A stretch of DNA of 63,956 nucleotides, the filler included, from Octopus bimaculoides (lineage: Eukaryota): assembly GCF_001194135.2 (NCBI RefSeq). It is 6 parts of 6 records of this genome, joined end to end, with 100 filler letters (N's around TTAATTAATTAA, not from the genome) between each part and the next. Parts side by side here need not be neighbours in the genome. Positions count along the whole stretch, not along the records: positions 62,879 to 63,956 come from NW_026335977.1; 5 more parts are not named here. One strand, written 5' to 3'. A program made the position numbers and the translations under genes. Positions within the stretch are counted from its first letter, which is position 1. Each line of letters begins with the position of its first letter. Under the pieces are notes generated by a model. That model was not told where the DNA came from. It was given only the letters and a program-made list of their open reading frames with translations, and searched no databases. Below are positions 63,555 to 63,956 of the stretch, piece after piece.

Positions 63555-63956
63555 TTAGTTTGTCACTGTTATTTCTGACATATTACCCTTTGGTCGGCAG
63601 ATTAAAAAAATAATTGTCACTGTTATTTATGACATATTTCATCTCAGTTACGTTTTTCTGAATAAACGAGTGTATCTGAAGCATATTTACTTCATGGCAC
63701 CACCACAATCTTTCGTGCATTTCTACTGCTTTTAGTTTTTTTTCCTGTTTTTCAGCTACTATTTTCAGAAAGACATTTTTGCCCCCTCCCCTTCAAATTT
63801 CTTCATTTTTCACATTTTTCCGTTACTCTAACCCTAAAATCCGAACCCTAACCGTAACCCTAAAATCCTAGCCCTAATCCTAAAACCCTAACCCTAACTT
63901 TAACCTTAAAACCTAAAAGCTAAAACCAGTACAAACGCACGAACGATGTCATAAAT
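63555..63956. mobile_element. Repeat with internal inverted repeat and degenerate (CCCTAA)n; cut by the window edge
   Basis: atttatgacat (about 63624) vs atgtcataaat (63946-63956); tgtcactgttatt twice; ctaaccctaa-like run at 63828-63920. Confidence 0.45.

Overview
AT-rich eukaryotic sequence, dense in repeats and microsatellites, with many N gaps. The SINE families, abundant (TAA)n/(TA)n/(CA)n tracts and LINE types suggest an octopus (coleoid cephalopod) scaffold; this is an inference, not a database result. No host gene can be called with confidence; there are only weak exon or orphan-ORF candidates. The window holds decayed mobile DNA: about 9 fragments of R4/Dong-like restriction-like-endonuclease (RLE) retrotransposons tied to (TAA)n, two Penelope-like GIY-YIG fragments, CR1 and RTE LINE 3' ends, and a stand-alone LINE ORF1 with a CCHC knuckle. 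It also holds mariner/Tc1/maT remnants, hAT and piggyBac MITEs, and several tRNA-derived SINE families. The most interesting signals are four. (1) Three distinct minimal hammerhead-ribozyme-like motifs, one in a unit built as tRNA-like head + (TAA)n + hammerhead tail. (2) A non-coding element found twice between TAA tracts directly behind Dong 3' ends. (3) Head/tail swapping among SINEs. (4) Recurrent short-range inverted repeat pairs. All homology calls come from motif recognition by eye, and coordinates of decayed elements are approximate.
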